NCBI GenBank assembly: GCA_050014835.1
Contig: JBEKCO010000009.1
Span: forward strand, 1-62,989
From: Acidimicrobiales bacterium
GTDB lineage: Bacteria; Actinomycetota; Acidimicrobiia; Acidimicrobiales; Bog-793
Direction: 5' to 3'
DNA length: 62,989 nucleotides
A program made the position numbers and the translations under genes. Positions 26,477 through 35,819 of this stretch are shown here, piece by piece. Within the stretch, counting starts at the first letter, position 1. Each line of letters opens with the position of its first letter. The notes under the pieces were generated by a model. The model ran no database searches and had not been told where the DNA came from. It saw nothing but the letters and a program-made list of their open reading frames with translations.

Positions 26477-29089
26477 ATGACGATCTCGAGCGACCAGCTG
26501 CGGGAGGCGTTCACCCGCTTCTTCGTCGAACGGGGCCACGCCGCGCTGCCGGCGGCGAGCCTCGTGCCCGTCGACCCGTCGGTCATGTTCACGATCGCCG
26601 GCATGGTGCAGTTCAAGCCGTACTTCGTCGGCGACGAGACGCCGCCCGAGAAGCGCGCGACGACGATCCAGCCGTGCTTCCGGATGTCGGACATCGACAT
26701 CATCGGGACGACGGCGCGCCACGAGACGCTGTTCGAGATGCTCGGCAACTTCAGCTTCGGCGACTACTTCAAGGAGCTGGCGATCCCGTACGCGTGGGAG
26801 CTCGTGACCGAAGTATTCGGCTTCGAGCCCGGCCGGCTCTGGGTGACGATCCACGAATCCGACAACGACTCGGCCGGGATCTGGCAGGAGGCGGCGAAGC
26901 TCCCCGCCGAGCGCATCCAGAAGATGGGCGAGGACAACTTCTGGAAGATGGGCGACACCGGTCCGTGCGGGCCGTGCTCGGAGATCTACTACGACCGGGG
27001 GGAATCCTTCGGCCCGGCGGGTGGGCCCGCCCAGGGGGACTCCGAGCGCTACACCGAGATCTGGAACCTCGTCTTCATGCAGTTCGAGCGCGCCGCCGAC
27101 GGGACGCTCACCGAGCTCCCGAACAAGAACATCGACACCGGGGCGGGGCTCGAGCGGATCCTCACGCTCCTCCAGGGGGTCGGGTCGCTTTTCGAGACCG
27201 ACCTGCTGGCCCCGGTCGTCGACGCCGCCGCGGCGCTCACGAGGTCATCCGCCGGCCGTGACGAGCCGACCGACGTGGCGTTGCGGATCCTCGCCGACCA
27301 CGCCCGGGCGGCGACCTTCCTCGTCTCCGACGGCGTCTTCCCCTCGAACGAGGGGCGGGGCTACGTCCTGCGCCGCGTCCTTCGCCGGGCCGCGCTCCGC
27401 GCCCACCAGCTCGGCGTGACCGAGATCGTGCTGCCCGACCTCATCGACTCCGTCGTCGCCACGCTCGGCGGGGCCTACCCGAAGCTTGTCCGCGACGCCT
27501 CGCTCGTGCGGACGGTCGTCGGCCACGAGGAGGAGGCGTTCCGCAGGACGCTGCGCGCCGGCTCGCAGCTCATCGACTCCGAGCTCGAAAAGGGCGGGAG
27601 CGTCCTCGACGGCACGGCGGCCTTCAAGCTCCACGACACCTACGGCTTCCCGATCGATCTCACCGTCGAGGTCGCCGGGGCGCGCGGGGTCTCCGTCGAC
27701 CGGGCCGGTTTCGAGGCGGCGATGGCGGAACAGCGCGCCCGGGGCCGGGAGGCGACGCGCAAGGCCGCCGCGGAATCGCGGCGCGAGGGCGCGCGCGAGG
27801 TCCTCGGCGAGTTCGGGGCGACCGTCTTCGTCGGTTACACGGAGACCTTGTGCGCGGCCCGCGTCCTCGGCGTCGAGGCGCGTCTCGACGCCGAGGGGTT
27901 CGAGAACGTCGACGGCGAGACGGCACCCCCGGGTGCCGAACTCCTCGACGTCTTCCTCGACCGCACCCCCTTCTACGCCGAGGCCGGGGGACAGGTCGGC
28001 GACACCGGGACGCTCGCGGGTCCGACGGGCACGTTCCGCGTCCTCGGCGCGACCTCGGCGGACGGGGTCACCTGCCACACGGGCTACGTCACCTCCGGGG
28101 TCCTCGCCGCGGGTGCCGAGGTCGTCGCCACGATCGACGTCGAGCGCCGGGAGGCGATCCGGCGCAACCACACGGCGACCCACCTGTTGCACTGGGCCCT
28201 GCGCGCCGTGCTCGGCGAGCACGTGCGACAGCAGGGCTCGCTCGTCGCGCCAGACCGGTTGCGCTTCGACTTCAGCCACTTCGCCGCCGTCACGCCCGCC
28301 GAGCTCGCCCGGGTCGAGGACATGGTCTCGATGGCGATCCTCGCCGACTCGCCGGTGCGGGTCGACGAGACGTCGCGGGTCGAGGCCGAGCGTGCCGGCG
28401 CCATCGCCTTTTTCGGCGAGAAGTACGGCGAGATCGTCCGTGTCGTGCACGCCGGCCCGGACTCGGTCGAGCTCTGCGGGGGGACCCACGTCTCGGCGCT
28501 CGGCACGATCGGGCCGTTCCGCATCGTCGCAGAGAGCTCGATCGGCGCCAACACGCGCCGCATCGAGGCGACGACCGGCACCGGGACGCTCGCCCGGTTC
28601 CGCAGGCTGGAATCGGTCGTGGCGCGGGCGGCCGCCGCGTTGCACACCCCGCCCGACGAGCTCGACGAGGCGGTCGAGCGCCTCGTCGAGCGCGAGCGTG
28701 CGCTCGCCGACGATCTCCGGCGGCTCGAGGGCCAGTTCCGATCCACCGAGGCGAAGAAGCTGGCCGAAACGGCGGAAGGGGGAACCGTCGTCGCCCGCCG
28801 GGACGGGATCGACCCTGCCGAGCTCCGGGAGCTCGCGCTCGCCGCCCGCCGGGAGGAAGGGGTCGTGGCCGTCGGCCTCATCGGCGCGTCCGACGATGAC
28901 CGGGTGGCGATCGTCGTCGCGACGACGAAGGCGAGCGGGATCGATGCCCGCACCGTCGCGGCGGCGGCGGCGGCGGTCGTCGGAGGGGGAGGGGGCGGCT
29001 CTCCGGAGCTCGCCACGGCAGGTGGGCGGGACGTGTCCGCCGTCGACGCCGCGCTGGGGACGCTGCACTCGCTGCTCGGGTCTGCTTGA
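26477..29089 (+). CDS. alaS: Alanine--tRNA ligase
   Basis: FTIAGMVQFKPYF, FEMLGNFSFGDYFK, editing HTATHLLH and CGGTHV. ATG 26477. Confidence 0.95.
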   Translation: MTISSDQLREAFTRFFVERGHAALPAASLVPVDPSVMFTIAGMVQFKPYFVGDETPPEKRATTIQPCFRMSDIDIIGTTARHETLFEMLGNFSFGDYFKELAIPYAWELVTEVFGFEPGRLWVTIHESDNDSAGIWQEAAKLPAERIQKMGEDNFWKMGDTGPCGPCSEIYYDRGESFGPAGGPAQGDSERYTEIWNLVFMQFERAADGTLTELPNKNIDTGAGLERILTLLQGVGSLFETDLLAPVVDAAAALTRSSAGRDEPTDVALRILADHARAATFLVSDGVFPSNEGRGYVLRRVLRRAALRAHQLGVTEIVLPDLIDSVVATLGGAYPKLVRDASLVRTVVGHEEEAFRRTLRAGSQLIDSELEKGGSVLDGTAAFKLHDTYGFPIDLTVEVAGARGVSVDRAGFEAAMAEQRARGREATRKAAAESRREGAREVLGEFGATVFVGYTETLCAARVLGVEARLDAEGFENVDGETAPPGAELLDVFLDRTPFYAEAGGQVGDTGTLAGPTGTFRVLGATSADGVTCHTGYVTSGVLAAGAEVVATIDVERREAIRRNHTATHLLHWALRAVLGEHVRQQGSLVAPDRLRFDFSHFAAVTPAELARVEDMVSMAILADSPVRVDETSRVEAERAGAIAFFGEKYGEIVRVVHAGPDSVELCGGTHVSALGTIGPFRIVAESSIGANTRRIEATTGTGTLARFRRLESVVARAAAALHTPPDELDEAVERLVERERALADDLRRLEGQFRSTEAKKLAETAEGGTVVARRDGIDPAELRELALAARREEGVVAVGLIGASDDDRVAIVVATTKASGIDARTVAAAAAAVVGGGGGGSPELATAGGRDVSAVDAALGTLHSLLGSA

Positions 29090-29099
29090 GGGGCGCGCG

Positions 29100-29597
29100 G
29101 TGAGCGACGGCGGCGGCTCGCCCGGTCCCTGCCTCGGCGTCGACCTCGGCGCGGTGCGTATCGGCCTCGCCGTCACGGACTCGGCGCGCACGGTCGCCAT
29201 CCCGCGGGGGGTCCTCGCCCGCCGCGGCGACGAGGGGGCCGATCACGACGCGATCGCCGAACTCGCGCGCGAACTCGGCGCGACCGTCGTCGTCGTCGGC
29301 GTGCCCCTGAGCCTCGACGGCGGGATCGGACCGGCGGCGGGACGGGTCATCGCCGAGGCCGCCCGGCTGGCGGACGCGCTCTCCGTGCCCGTCGAGACGA
29401 TCGACGAGCGGTTCTCGACCGTCGAGGCGAGCCGCCGGCAAAAGGAGACGGACGCCTCGGGCCGCCGCGGCGGGGCCTTCCGGGGACGGGTCGCGCGGCG
29501 CCGCGCCTTTCGGGGCCGCGGGGCGCGTCCCCCCGTCGACGCCGGGGCGGCGGCGGTGATCCTCCAGGCGTACATCGACCGGGCGCGATCGCAGTGA
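29100..29597 (+). CDS. ruvX: Holliday junction resolvase-like protein RuvX (YqgF)
   Basis: LGVDLGAVRIGLAVTD, DERFSTVEA. GTG 29100. Confidence 0.85.
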   Translation: MSDGGGSPGPCLGVDLGAVRIGLAVTDSARTVAIPRGVLARRGDEGADHDAIAELARELGATVVVVGVPLSLDGGIGPAAGRVIAEAARLADALSVPVETIDERFSTVEASRRQKETDASGRRGGAFRGRVARRRAFRGRGARPPVDAGAAAVILQAYIDRARSQ

Positions 29598-30454
29598 TCG
29601 AACCCGACGCGGCCGTGCCGGCCGGCACGACGCTCGCCGCCGGGCTCATCGGCGACCCGGTCGCCCAATCGCTTTCGCCGGTGATCCACAACGCGGCCTA
29701 CGCCGCGCTCGGGCTCGACTGGTCCTACGGGCTGTTCCGGGTGCCCGCCGGCGGGGCCGCCGCGGCGCTCGCCGCCGCCGGGGCCCGGGGGTTGCGGGGC
29801 TTGTCGGTGACGACGCCGCACAAGATCGCCGCGGCCGCCGCCTGCGACGAGCGCTCGCCGACCGTCGAACGGATCGGCGCGGCGAACACCGTCGTCTTCC
29901 GCGGCGGGCGGAGCTGCGCCGAGAACACCGACGGGGTGGGCCTCCTCGACGACCTCGCGGCGACCTGGCGCTTCGACCCGGCGGGCGCGGTCTGCGCCGT
30001 GGTCGGCGCGGGTTCGACGGCGCGGGCGATCGTCGCCGCGCTCGCCGACGCCGGGGCCCGGGAGGTCCTCGTCGTCGACCGGACCGCCGCCAACGCCGGG
30101 GCGGCCGCGGCGCTCGCCGGCGCCGCGGGGCGGGTCGCCCGGGTCGAGGAGGTCGCCTCGGCCGCGCTCGTCGTCCAGGCGACCTCGGTCGGGTTCGGCG
30201 GCGCGCGAGCCGGGTTCGCGGGGGGATGGGAGGCGGTCACCGGCCACCTCGGGTCGGACCAGCTCGCCGTCGACGCCGTCTACGCTCCCCCGGTCACCGA
30301 GTTCCTGGCGCTCGCCGGCGCGCAGGGGGCCCGTGTCCGCAACGGCCTCGGCCTGCTCGTGCACCAGGCGGCCCGCCAGGTGGCGCTTTTCACCGGCAAG
30401 ACGGCGCCCGTCGGGGCGATGTTCGCGGCGCTCGGTATCGATCCCGGGCGCTGA
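29594..30454 (+). CDS. aroE: Shikimate dehydrogenase
   Basis: SLSPVIHNAAY, SVTTPHK, GAGSTARAI. GTGA overlap with ruvX. Confidence 0.85.
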   Translation: MIEPDAAVPAGTTLAAGLIGDPVAQSLSPVIHNAAYAALGLDWSYGLFRVPAGGAAAALAAAGARGLRGLSVTTPHKIAAAAACDERSPTVERIGAANTVVFRGGRSCAENTDGVGLLDDLAATWRFDPAGAVCAVVGAGSTARAIVAALADAGAREVLVVDRTAANAGAAAALAGAAGRVARVEEVASAALVVQATSVGFGGARAGFAGGWEAVTGHLGSDQLAVDAVYAPPVTEFLALAGAQGARVRNGLGLLVHQAARQVALFTGKTAPVGAMFAALGIDPGR

Positions 30455-30499
30455 CAACGGTCGGCCGGACGGGCCCGGAGCCGCAAGGTCGCAGCCCCC

Positions 30500-31678
30500 G
30501 TGGCACCGGTAACGTTGCGGGTCGTGGCCGCCCACTACCTCGGGCGACGTGTCGCGCGCCGCCGAAGCGACAACGCCGCCGTCGCCGTCCTGCGCCACGT
30601 CGACTACGTGCTCGTCGGCTCCATCGTGTTGCTCGCGGTGTTCGGGGTCGTGATGGTGTACTCGGCCTCGCGCTCGTTGTATCCGCTCGAGCCGACGTAC
30701 TTCCTGAAGCGCCAGATCGCCTACGACGTCGTCGGGTTCGGCGCGATGGTCGTCGCCGCGCTCGTCGACTACCGGCGGCTGGAGGAGTGGGGCTACGTGC
30801 TCTACGGCGCGGTCGTCGTTGCCCTCGTCGCCGTGAAGGCGATCGGGCACACCGAGAACGGTGCCGAGCGCTGGATCTCGATCGCGGGTTTCCAGCTCCA
30901 GCCCTCGGAGTTCGCCGTGCTCGCCGCCATCATCGTGATCGGCGTGTACTTGTCGCGTCACGAACGGGTGCTCAACGTGCGCTCCGTCGCCGCGCTCGTC
31001 GTCCTGGCGGGCGTCCCGATGCTGCTCGTCGTCGTGCAGCCGGACCTCGGCACGGCGATCCTCCTCGCCGTGGTGCTCTTCGTGATGCTCTTTGTTGGCG
31101 GGGTCCGCCTGCGCTTCTTGGCCGCGCTCGCCGTGCTCGCCGTCGCCGGCTTCGCGATCGCGGTCGCGGTCCACGTTCTCAACCGCTACCAGCTCGACCG
31201 GCTGACGGCGTTTCTGCACCAGGACAGCGGCGGATCCCAGACCCTCAACTACAACGTCATCCAGTCGAAGACCGCCATCGGGGCCGGGGGGCTGCGCGGC
31301 ACGGGGCTGTTCCGCGGCCTCGAGACGAACCTCGCCTACGTGCCGATCCAGTACGCCGACTTCATCTTCTCGGCGATCGGCGAGCAGATCGGCTTCATCG
31401 GCTCGGCGTTGGTGATCGGGCTGTACGGGGTCGTCGCCTACCGCGTCTTCCGCGCCGTCCAGGTCGCCCGGGACTCCCTCGGGCGGCTGTTGTGCGCGGG
31501 GGTGCTCGCCTTCCTCGCCATCTCCGTGTTCGAGAACATCGGCATGGCGACGGGGATCATGCCGATCACGGGGATCCCGCTTCCGTTCATCTCCTATGGG
31601 GGCTCGGCGCTCCTCGCGTTCTTCCTTGCCGCGGGCGCCGTGGTTAATGTCGAACTGCACCGGAGCCGCCCACGATGA
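30500..31678 (+). CDS. rodA: SEDS family peptidoglycan polymerase (RodA-type)
   Basis: QPDLGTAILL, QSKTAIGAGGLRGTG, ADFIFSAIGEQIGFIG, PLPFISYGGSA. Confidence 0.8.
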   Translation: MAPVTLRVVAAHYLGRRVARRRSDNAAVAVLRHVDYVLVGSIVLLAVFGVVMVYSASRSLYPLEPTYFLKRQIAYDVVGFGAMVVAALVDYRRLEEWGYVLYGAVVVALVAVKAIGHTENGAERWISIAGFQLQPSEFAVLAAIIVIGVYLSRHERVLNVRSVAALVVLAGVPMLLVVVQPDLGTAILLAVVLFVMLFVGGVRLRFLAALAVLAVAGFAIAVAVHVLNRYQLDRLTAFLHQDSGGSQTLNYNVIQSKTAIGAGGLRGTGLFRGLETNLAYVPIQYADFIFSAIGEQIGFIGSALVIGLYGVVAYRVFRAVQVARDSLGRLLCAGVLAFLAISVFENIGMATGIMPITGIPLPFISYGGSALLAFFLAAGAVVNVELHRSRPR

Positions 31679-32274
31679 CGCCAAGACCGCGCAAAGCCAC
31701 CGCCAAGACGCCCGCCGCGACCGCCGAGGTGGCGGTGGCGGTGACGGTCGGCGCGCCCCCCGACGGGCCCGAGGCGGCCTCCGAGGAAACGGCCCCCGGG
31801 ACGGAGGTGCTGGCGACCGAGGCGGACAAAGAGGAGGACGGGCCGGGCGCGGGCTTCTCCCTCGTGCACGTCGTCGACGTCGCGATGGTGCTCCCGAACC
31901 CGAACCCGGTCCTCGTCCTGGAGGAGCTCGCCGCGCCGAGGCGGAGGCTCGCCATCCCGATCGGCCTCGCCGAGGGGACCGCGATCAGCTACGCGCTACG
32001 TGGCCGGACGACCCCGAAGCCGCTCACCCACGAACTGTTCGTCGACGTGGTGAACCGGCTCGGCGGGCAGGTGAGGGCGGCGCGCCTCACGCTCTACACG
32101 CAGGGCGCCTACTACGCCGAAGTCGTCGTGGCATCCTCGGGGGCGGAGCACGCTGTGTCGTGCCGCCCCTCGGACGCCATCGCCCTGGCGTTGCGTCAGG
32201 GCGCGCCGGCGACGATCGCCGTCGCCTCGGTGCTGCTCGACCAGCTCGGGACGGCCGGTTCGACGACCGGCTGA
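31675..32274 (+). CDS. Bifunctional nuclease family protein (DUF151)
   Basis: PVLVLEE...IPIGLAEGTAISYAL..PKPLTHELF...YYAEVVV...RPSDAIALALR. ATGA overlap with rodA. Confidence 0.8.
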   Translation: MTPRPRKATAKTPAATAEVAVAVTVGAPPDGPEAASEETAPGTEVLATEADKEEDGPGAGFSLVHVVDVAMVLPNPNPVLVLEELAAPRRRLAIPIGLAEGTAISYALRGRTTPKPLTHELFVDVVNRLGGQVRAARLTLYTQGAYYAEVVVASSGAEHAVSCRPSDAIALALRQGAPATIAVASVLLDQLGTAGSTTG

Positions 32275-33560
32275 TTCCCCTCGTTCGAGATCCGCATGAG
32301 GAGCGCGAGCAGCGCGTAGTTGGCGACGAGCGAGGAGCCGCCGTAGGAGACGAAGGGGAGCGTCACGCCGGTCAGGGGCAAAAGGCGCGTGTTGCCCGCC
32401 ATGATGAGGAACGCCTGGAGGCCGAGCGTCGCGGTGAGCCCGGCGGCGACGAGGCGGGCGAACTCCGAGTGGGCGCGACGCGCGGCGCGCAGCCCCGCGC
32501 CGACGATGATGGCGTAGCAGCAGACGACGGCGGCCGCGCCGACGAGCCCGAGCTCCTCGCCGATCACGGCGAAGATGAAGTCGCTCGACGACACCGGCAG
32601 CGTCCGGGCGGCGATCCCGAAGCCGATCCCCGTGCCGAAGAGCCCCCCGCGGGCGAAGGCGAGCTCGCCCTGGACGGGCTGGTAGCCGGTCCCGGTCGCG
32701 CGGGCCCAGGGGTCGAGCCAGTCCGAGATGCGCTCGTTCACCTGGCCGAGGACGTGGCTCGCCGCGAGGGTCGCCAGCACGAAGACGACGAGCCCGATCA
32801 CGACGTAGGTCCACCGCCCCGTCGTCATCCAGATCATCACCAAAAAGACGAGGAACAAAAGCAACGAGAAGCCGATGTCGTGCTCGGCGAGGATGATGAG
32901 GAGCGCCAGCACCCCGGCGACGACGATCGGCCCGAAGGCGCGCAGGTCCGGGAGCATGCGGTTGCCGATGCGCTGCGTCGAGATCGTGAGCAGTTCGCGC
33001 TTGTCGATGAGGTAGGACGCCCAGAACACGACGATGAGGAGCTTCGCGATCTCGACCGGCTGGAACTCGATGGAGTCGATGTGCACCCAGAGACGTGCCC
33101 CGTTGATCTTCTCGCCGATCCCCGGCACGAGCGGCGAGACAAGGAGCAGAAGGGCGGCCCCGGCGAGCAGGTAGCGGTAGCGCTCGAGGTCGCGGCTGCG
33201 CCTCACGACGAGAAGTACGGCCGCGTAGAGCCCGAGCCCGATCACCGTCCAGGCGAGCTGTTCCCCGGCGCGCCCGGAGTCGCCGCGCTCGATCATCACG
33301 TAGCCGAGGCCGTTCAGGAAAAGGGCCACGGGCACGATCACCGGGTCGGCGTTCGGTGCGAGGAGCCGGTTCACGACCTGCACGCCCAAGCTGAGGAGGA
33401 CGAGGCAGACGATGAACGTGACGACGTGGTCGGGGAGCGCGTTCGTCGTGGCGAGCGACTGCATGAGCGTCGCCGCGAGCACGACGAGGGCCCCGACGCA
33501 GAGCAGTCCCGCCTCGGTCCGCCGTCGCGACGCCCCGCGGCGGGCTGCCAGAAGCGTCAC
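32196..33560 (-). CDS. SEDS family protein (FtsW/RodA, mycobacterial RodA-like)
   Basis: C-terminal 454 aa of the 1140-aa track ORF: RRTEAGLL, DPWARATGTGYQPVQ, SDFIFAVIGEELGLVG, LPFVSYGGSSL. GTG 33560. Confidence 0.8.
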   Translation of the reverse strand: MTLLAARRGASRRRTEAGLLCVGALVVLAATLMQSLATTNALPDHVVTFIVCLVLLSLGVQVVNRLLAPNADPVIVPVALFLNGLGYVMIERGDSGRAGEQLAWTVIGLGLYAAVLLVVRRSRDLERYRYLLAGAALLLLVSPLVPGIGEKINGARLWVHIDSIEFQPVEIAKLLIVVFWASYLIDKRELLTISTQRIGNRMLPDLRAFGPIVVAGVLALLIILAEHDIGFSLLLFLVFLVMIWMTTGRWTYVVIGLVVFVLATLAASHVLGQVNERISDWLDPWARATGTGYQPVQGELAFARGGLFGTGIGFGIAARTLPVSSSDFIFAVIGEELGLVGAAAVVCCYAIIVGAGLRAARRAHSEFARLVAAGLTATLGLQAFLIMAGNTRLLPLTGVTLPFVSYGGSSLVANYALLALLMRISNEGNQPVVEPAVPSWSSSTEATAIVAGAP

Positions 33561-33614
33561 GCCCCGTACGGTAGTTGAAAGGGACCGAACCGCCTGGCCA
33601 GCTAGCCTGGGGCG

Positions 33615-35813
33615 ATGGCCACGGAGCCGCTGGTGGAGCGCGCTTGGCAGCCGGCGGAGCCGGCCGTCGAGGAGGCGCGGGCGGACGTCGAGACCTTCGG
33701 GCCGGCGCGCTACCTGAACCGGGAGCTGTCCTGGCTCGAGTTCGCGGCCCGGCTCCTCGACATCGCCGGGGACGAGGCGCTGCCGCTGCTCGAGCGGGCG
33801 AAGTTCCTGGCGATCTTTTCCACGGGGCTCGACGAGTTCTTCCAGGTCCGCGTGGCCGGGCTGAAGAACCAGCTCGACGCCGGCCGGCGGGGGCGCTTCC
33901 CCGACGGGCGGAGCGTCCTCGAGACGCTCGAGGCGGTGCGGGGCCGCGTGACGGCTCTCGTCGACCGCCAGGCGCGGATCTTCAACGACTCGGTGCGGCC
34001 CGGGCTGTCGGCTGCCGGGATCGAGATCGTCGAGGGCGCCGACCTCGGCCACGTCGACCAGGACCGGCTGCGGCGGCACTTCGAGCGCGACATGTTCCCG
34101 GTCCTCACGCCGCTCGCCGTCGACCCCGGCCACCCCTTCCCGTACATCTCGAACCTCTCGCTCAACCTCGCCATCTCGGTCGAGGACCCGGTGACGGGCG
34201 AGAGCCGGTTCGCCCGGGTGAAGGTCCCGCCCTCGCTCGAGCGTTTCGTGCGCATCGACGGCGAGCGTTTCGTCCCGCTCGAGCAGGTGATCGCGGCGAA
34301 CCTCAACGACTTGTTCCCCGAGATGCGGATCGGGTCGTGCCATCCCTTCCGGGTCACGCGCAACGCCGACATGGAGCTCGACGACTCCGAGGACGACGAC
34401 CTGCTCGCCGCCGTCGAGTTCGAGCTGCGCCGGCGGCGGTTCGGCCGGGCCGTGCGGCTCGAGGTCGGGCCGGGGATGCCCCCGGAGCTCGTCGAGTTCC
34501 TCCGGCACGAGCTCGAGCTCGGCGAGGTCGACGTCTATGCGTCGGCGACGCTCCTCGACCTCGGCCAGCTCTGGGCGATCGCCGGGCTCGACCGCCCCGA
34601 CCTCTGCCTGCCGTCGTTCTCGCCGCGCACGCCGCCGCGGCTCATGAACGAGGCCGGCGAGCCCGTCGACATCTTCGCCGTGCTGCGCGAGCGCGACGTG
34701 CTCGTCCAACACCCCTACGACTCGTTCGCCTCCTCGGTCGAGGAGTTCATCTCGCAGGCGGCGGCCGACCCCGATGTGCTCGCGATCAAGCAGACCCTCT
34801 ACCGGACATCGGGGGACGCTCCGTTCGTCGCCGCGCTCGCCCGGGCCGCCGAGGCTGGCAAGCAGGTCGCCGCGCTCGTCGAGCTCCAGGCGCGCTTCGA
34901 CGAGCAGCGCAACATCGGCTGGGCCCGGCAGCTCGAGGAGGCCGGGGTCCACGTCGTCTACGGCGTCGTCGGCCTGAAGACGCACTCGAAGACGTCGCTC
35001 GTCGTCCGCCGGGAGGACGAGGGGATCCGGCGCTACTGCCACATCGGGACCGGCAACTACAACTCGGACACGGCCCGCGTCTACGAAGACCTCGGGCTGC
35101 TCACCGCGGACCCGGTCCTCGGCGAGGACCTCACCGCCCTTTTCAACCACCTGACGGGGTTCTCGCGCGCAGTCGAGACCCGCTCGCTCATCGTCGCCCC
35201 GGCCCGATTCCGCGCCTGGGTGCTCGAGGGGATCGCCGCCGAGCGCGAGGCCGGCCTTGACGGCCGGATCGCGATCAAGGCGAACGGGCTGACCGACCCG
35301 GTCATCGTCGACGCCCTCTACGAGGCCTCCCAGGCCGGGGCGCGCGTCGAGCTTCTGATCCGGGGGATCTGCTGTCTGCGTCCGGGGATCCCGGGGCTCT
35401 CGTCGACGATCACCGTGAAATCGATCGTCGGCCGCTACCTCGAGCACAGCCGGATCTTCCGCTTCGGCGTGCCGACCCGCGAGGTCCTCGCCGCCTCGGC
35501 CCTCGCGCGCGAGGACGGCCCCGTTCCGCCCGGCAACCCGGCGACGTACTTCATCGGCTCGGCGGATCTCATGGAGCGCAACCTCGACCGGAGGATCGAG
35601 GCGGTCGTCCCGGTGCACGACATCGAGCTGTGCGGCCGGCTCGAGGACATCCTGACCCTCGACCTCGCCGACGACGAGTGCTCCTGGGAGCTCGGGGCCG
35701 ACGGGAACTGGTCACGGGTCGCCACCTCCGCCGGGCTCTGTGCTCGACGCCGCTTCGAGGAGCTCGCCCGCGAGCGCTCGCGTCGCCGGCGTCCGGCTGA
35801 CGGCGCGTTCTAG
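33615..35813 (+). CDS. ppk: Polyphosphate kinase 1
   Basis: YLNRELSWLEFAARLL, two PLD-like modules including HSKTSLVVRRE. Confidence 0.95.
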   Translation: MATEPLVERAWQPAEPAVEEARADVETFGPARYLNRELSWLEFAARLLDIAGDEALPLLERAKFLAIFSTGLDEFFQVRVAGLKNQLDAGRRGRFPDGRSVLETLEAVRGRVTALVDRQARIFNDSVRPGLSAAGIEIVEGADLGHVDQDRLRRHFERDMFPVLTPLAVDPGHPFPYISNLSLNLAISVEDPVTGESRFARVKVPPSLERFVRIDGERFVPLEQVIAANLNDLFPEMRIGSCHPFRVTRNADMELDDSEDDDLLAAVEFELRRRRFGRAVRLEVGPGMPPELVEFLRHELELGEVDVYASATLLDLGQLWAIAGLDRPDLCLPSFSPRTPPRLMNEAGEPVDIFAVLRERDVLVQHPYDSFASSVEEFISQAAADPDVLAIKQTLYRTSGDAPFVAALARAAEAGKQVAALVELQARFDEQRNIGWARQLEEAGVHVVYGVVGLKTHSKTSLVVRREDEGIRRYCHIGTGNYNSDTARVYEDLGLLTADPVLGEDLTALFNHLTGFSRAVETRSLIVAPARFRAWVLEGIAAEREAGLDGRIAIKANGLTDPVIVDALYEASQAGARVELLIRGICCLRPGIPGLSSTITVKSIVGRYLEHSRIFRFGVPTREVLAASALAREDGPVPPGNPATYFIGSADLMERNLDRRIEAVVPVHDIELCGRLEDILTLDLADDECSWELGADGNWSRVATSAGLCARRRFEELARERSRRRRPADGAF

Positions 35814-35819
35814 TTTCCG

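Noticed and set aside
29594-29597. Missing mltG between ruvX and aroE as evidence of a deletion
   Set aside because: ruvX and aroE overlap by GTGA with no scar or leftover sequence, so this looks like the native gene order of this lineage rather than a recent loss.
29243-31684. 813-aa minus-strand ORF
   Set aside because: Antisense to ruvX, aroE and rodA. Arg/Gly/Pro/Asp-dominated with no motifs.
33561-35618. The 1140-aa minus-strand ORF (32196-35618) as one giant protein
   Set aside because: Only the last 454 aa are SEDS-like. The upstream 686 aa are Arg/Asp/Pro-rich and lie exactly antisense to the well-supported ppk1 gene. This is a typical high-G+C shadow ORF.
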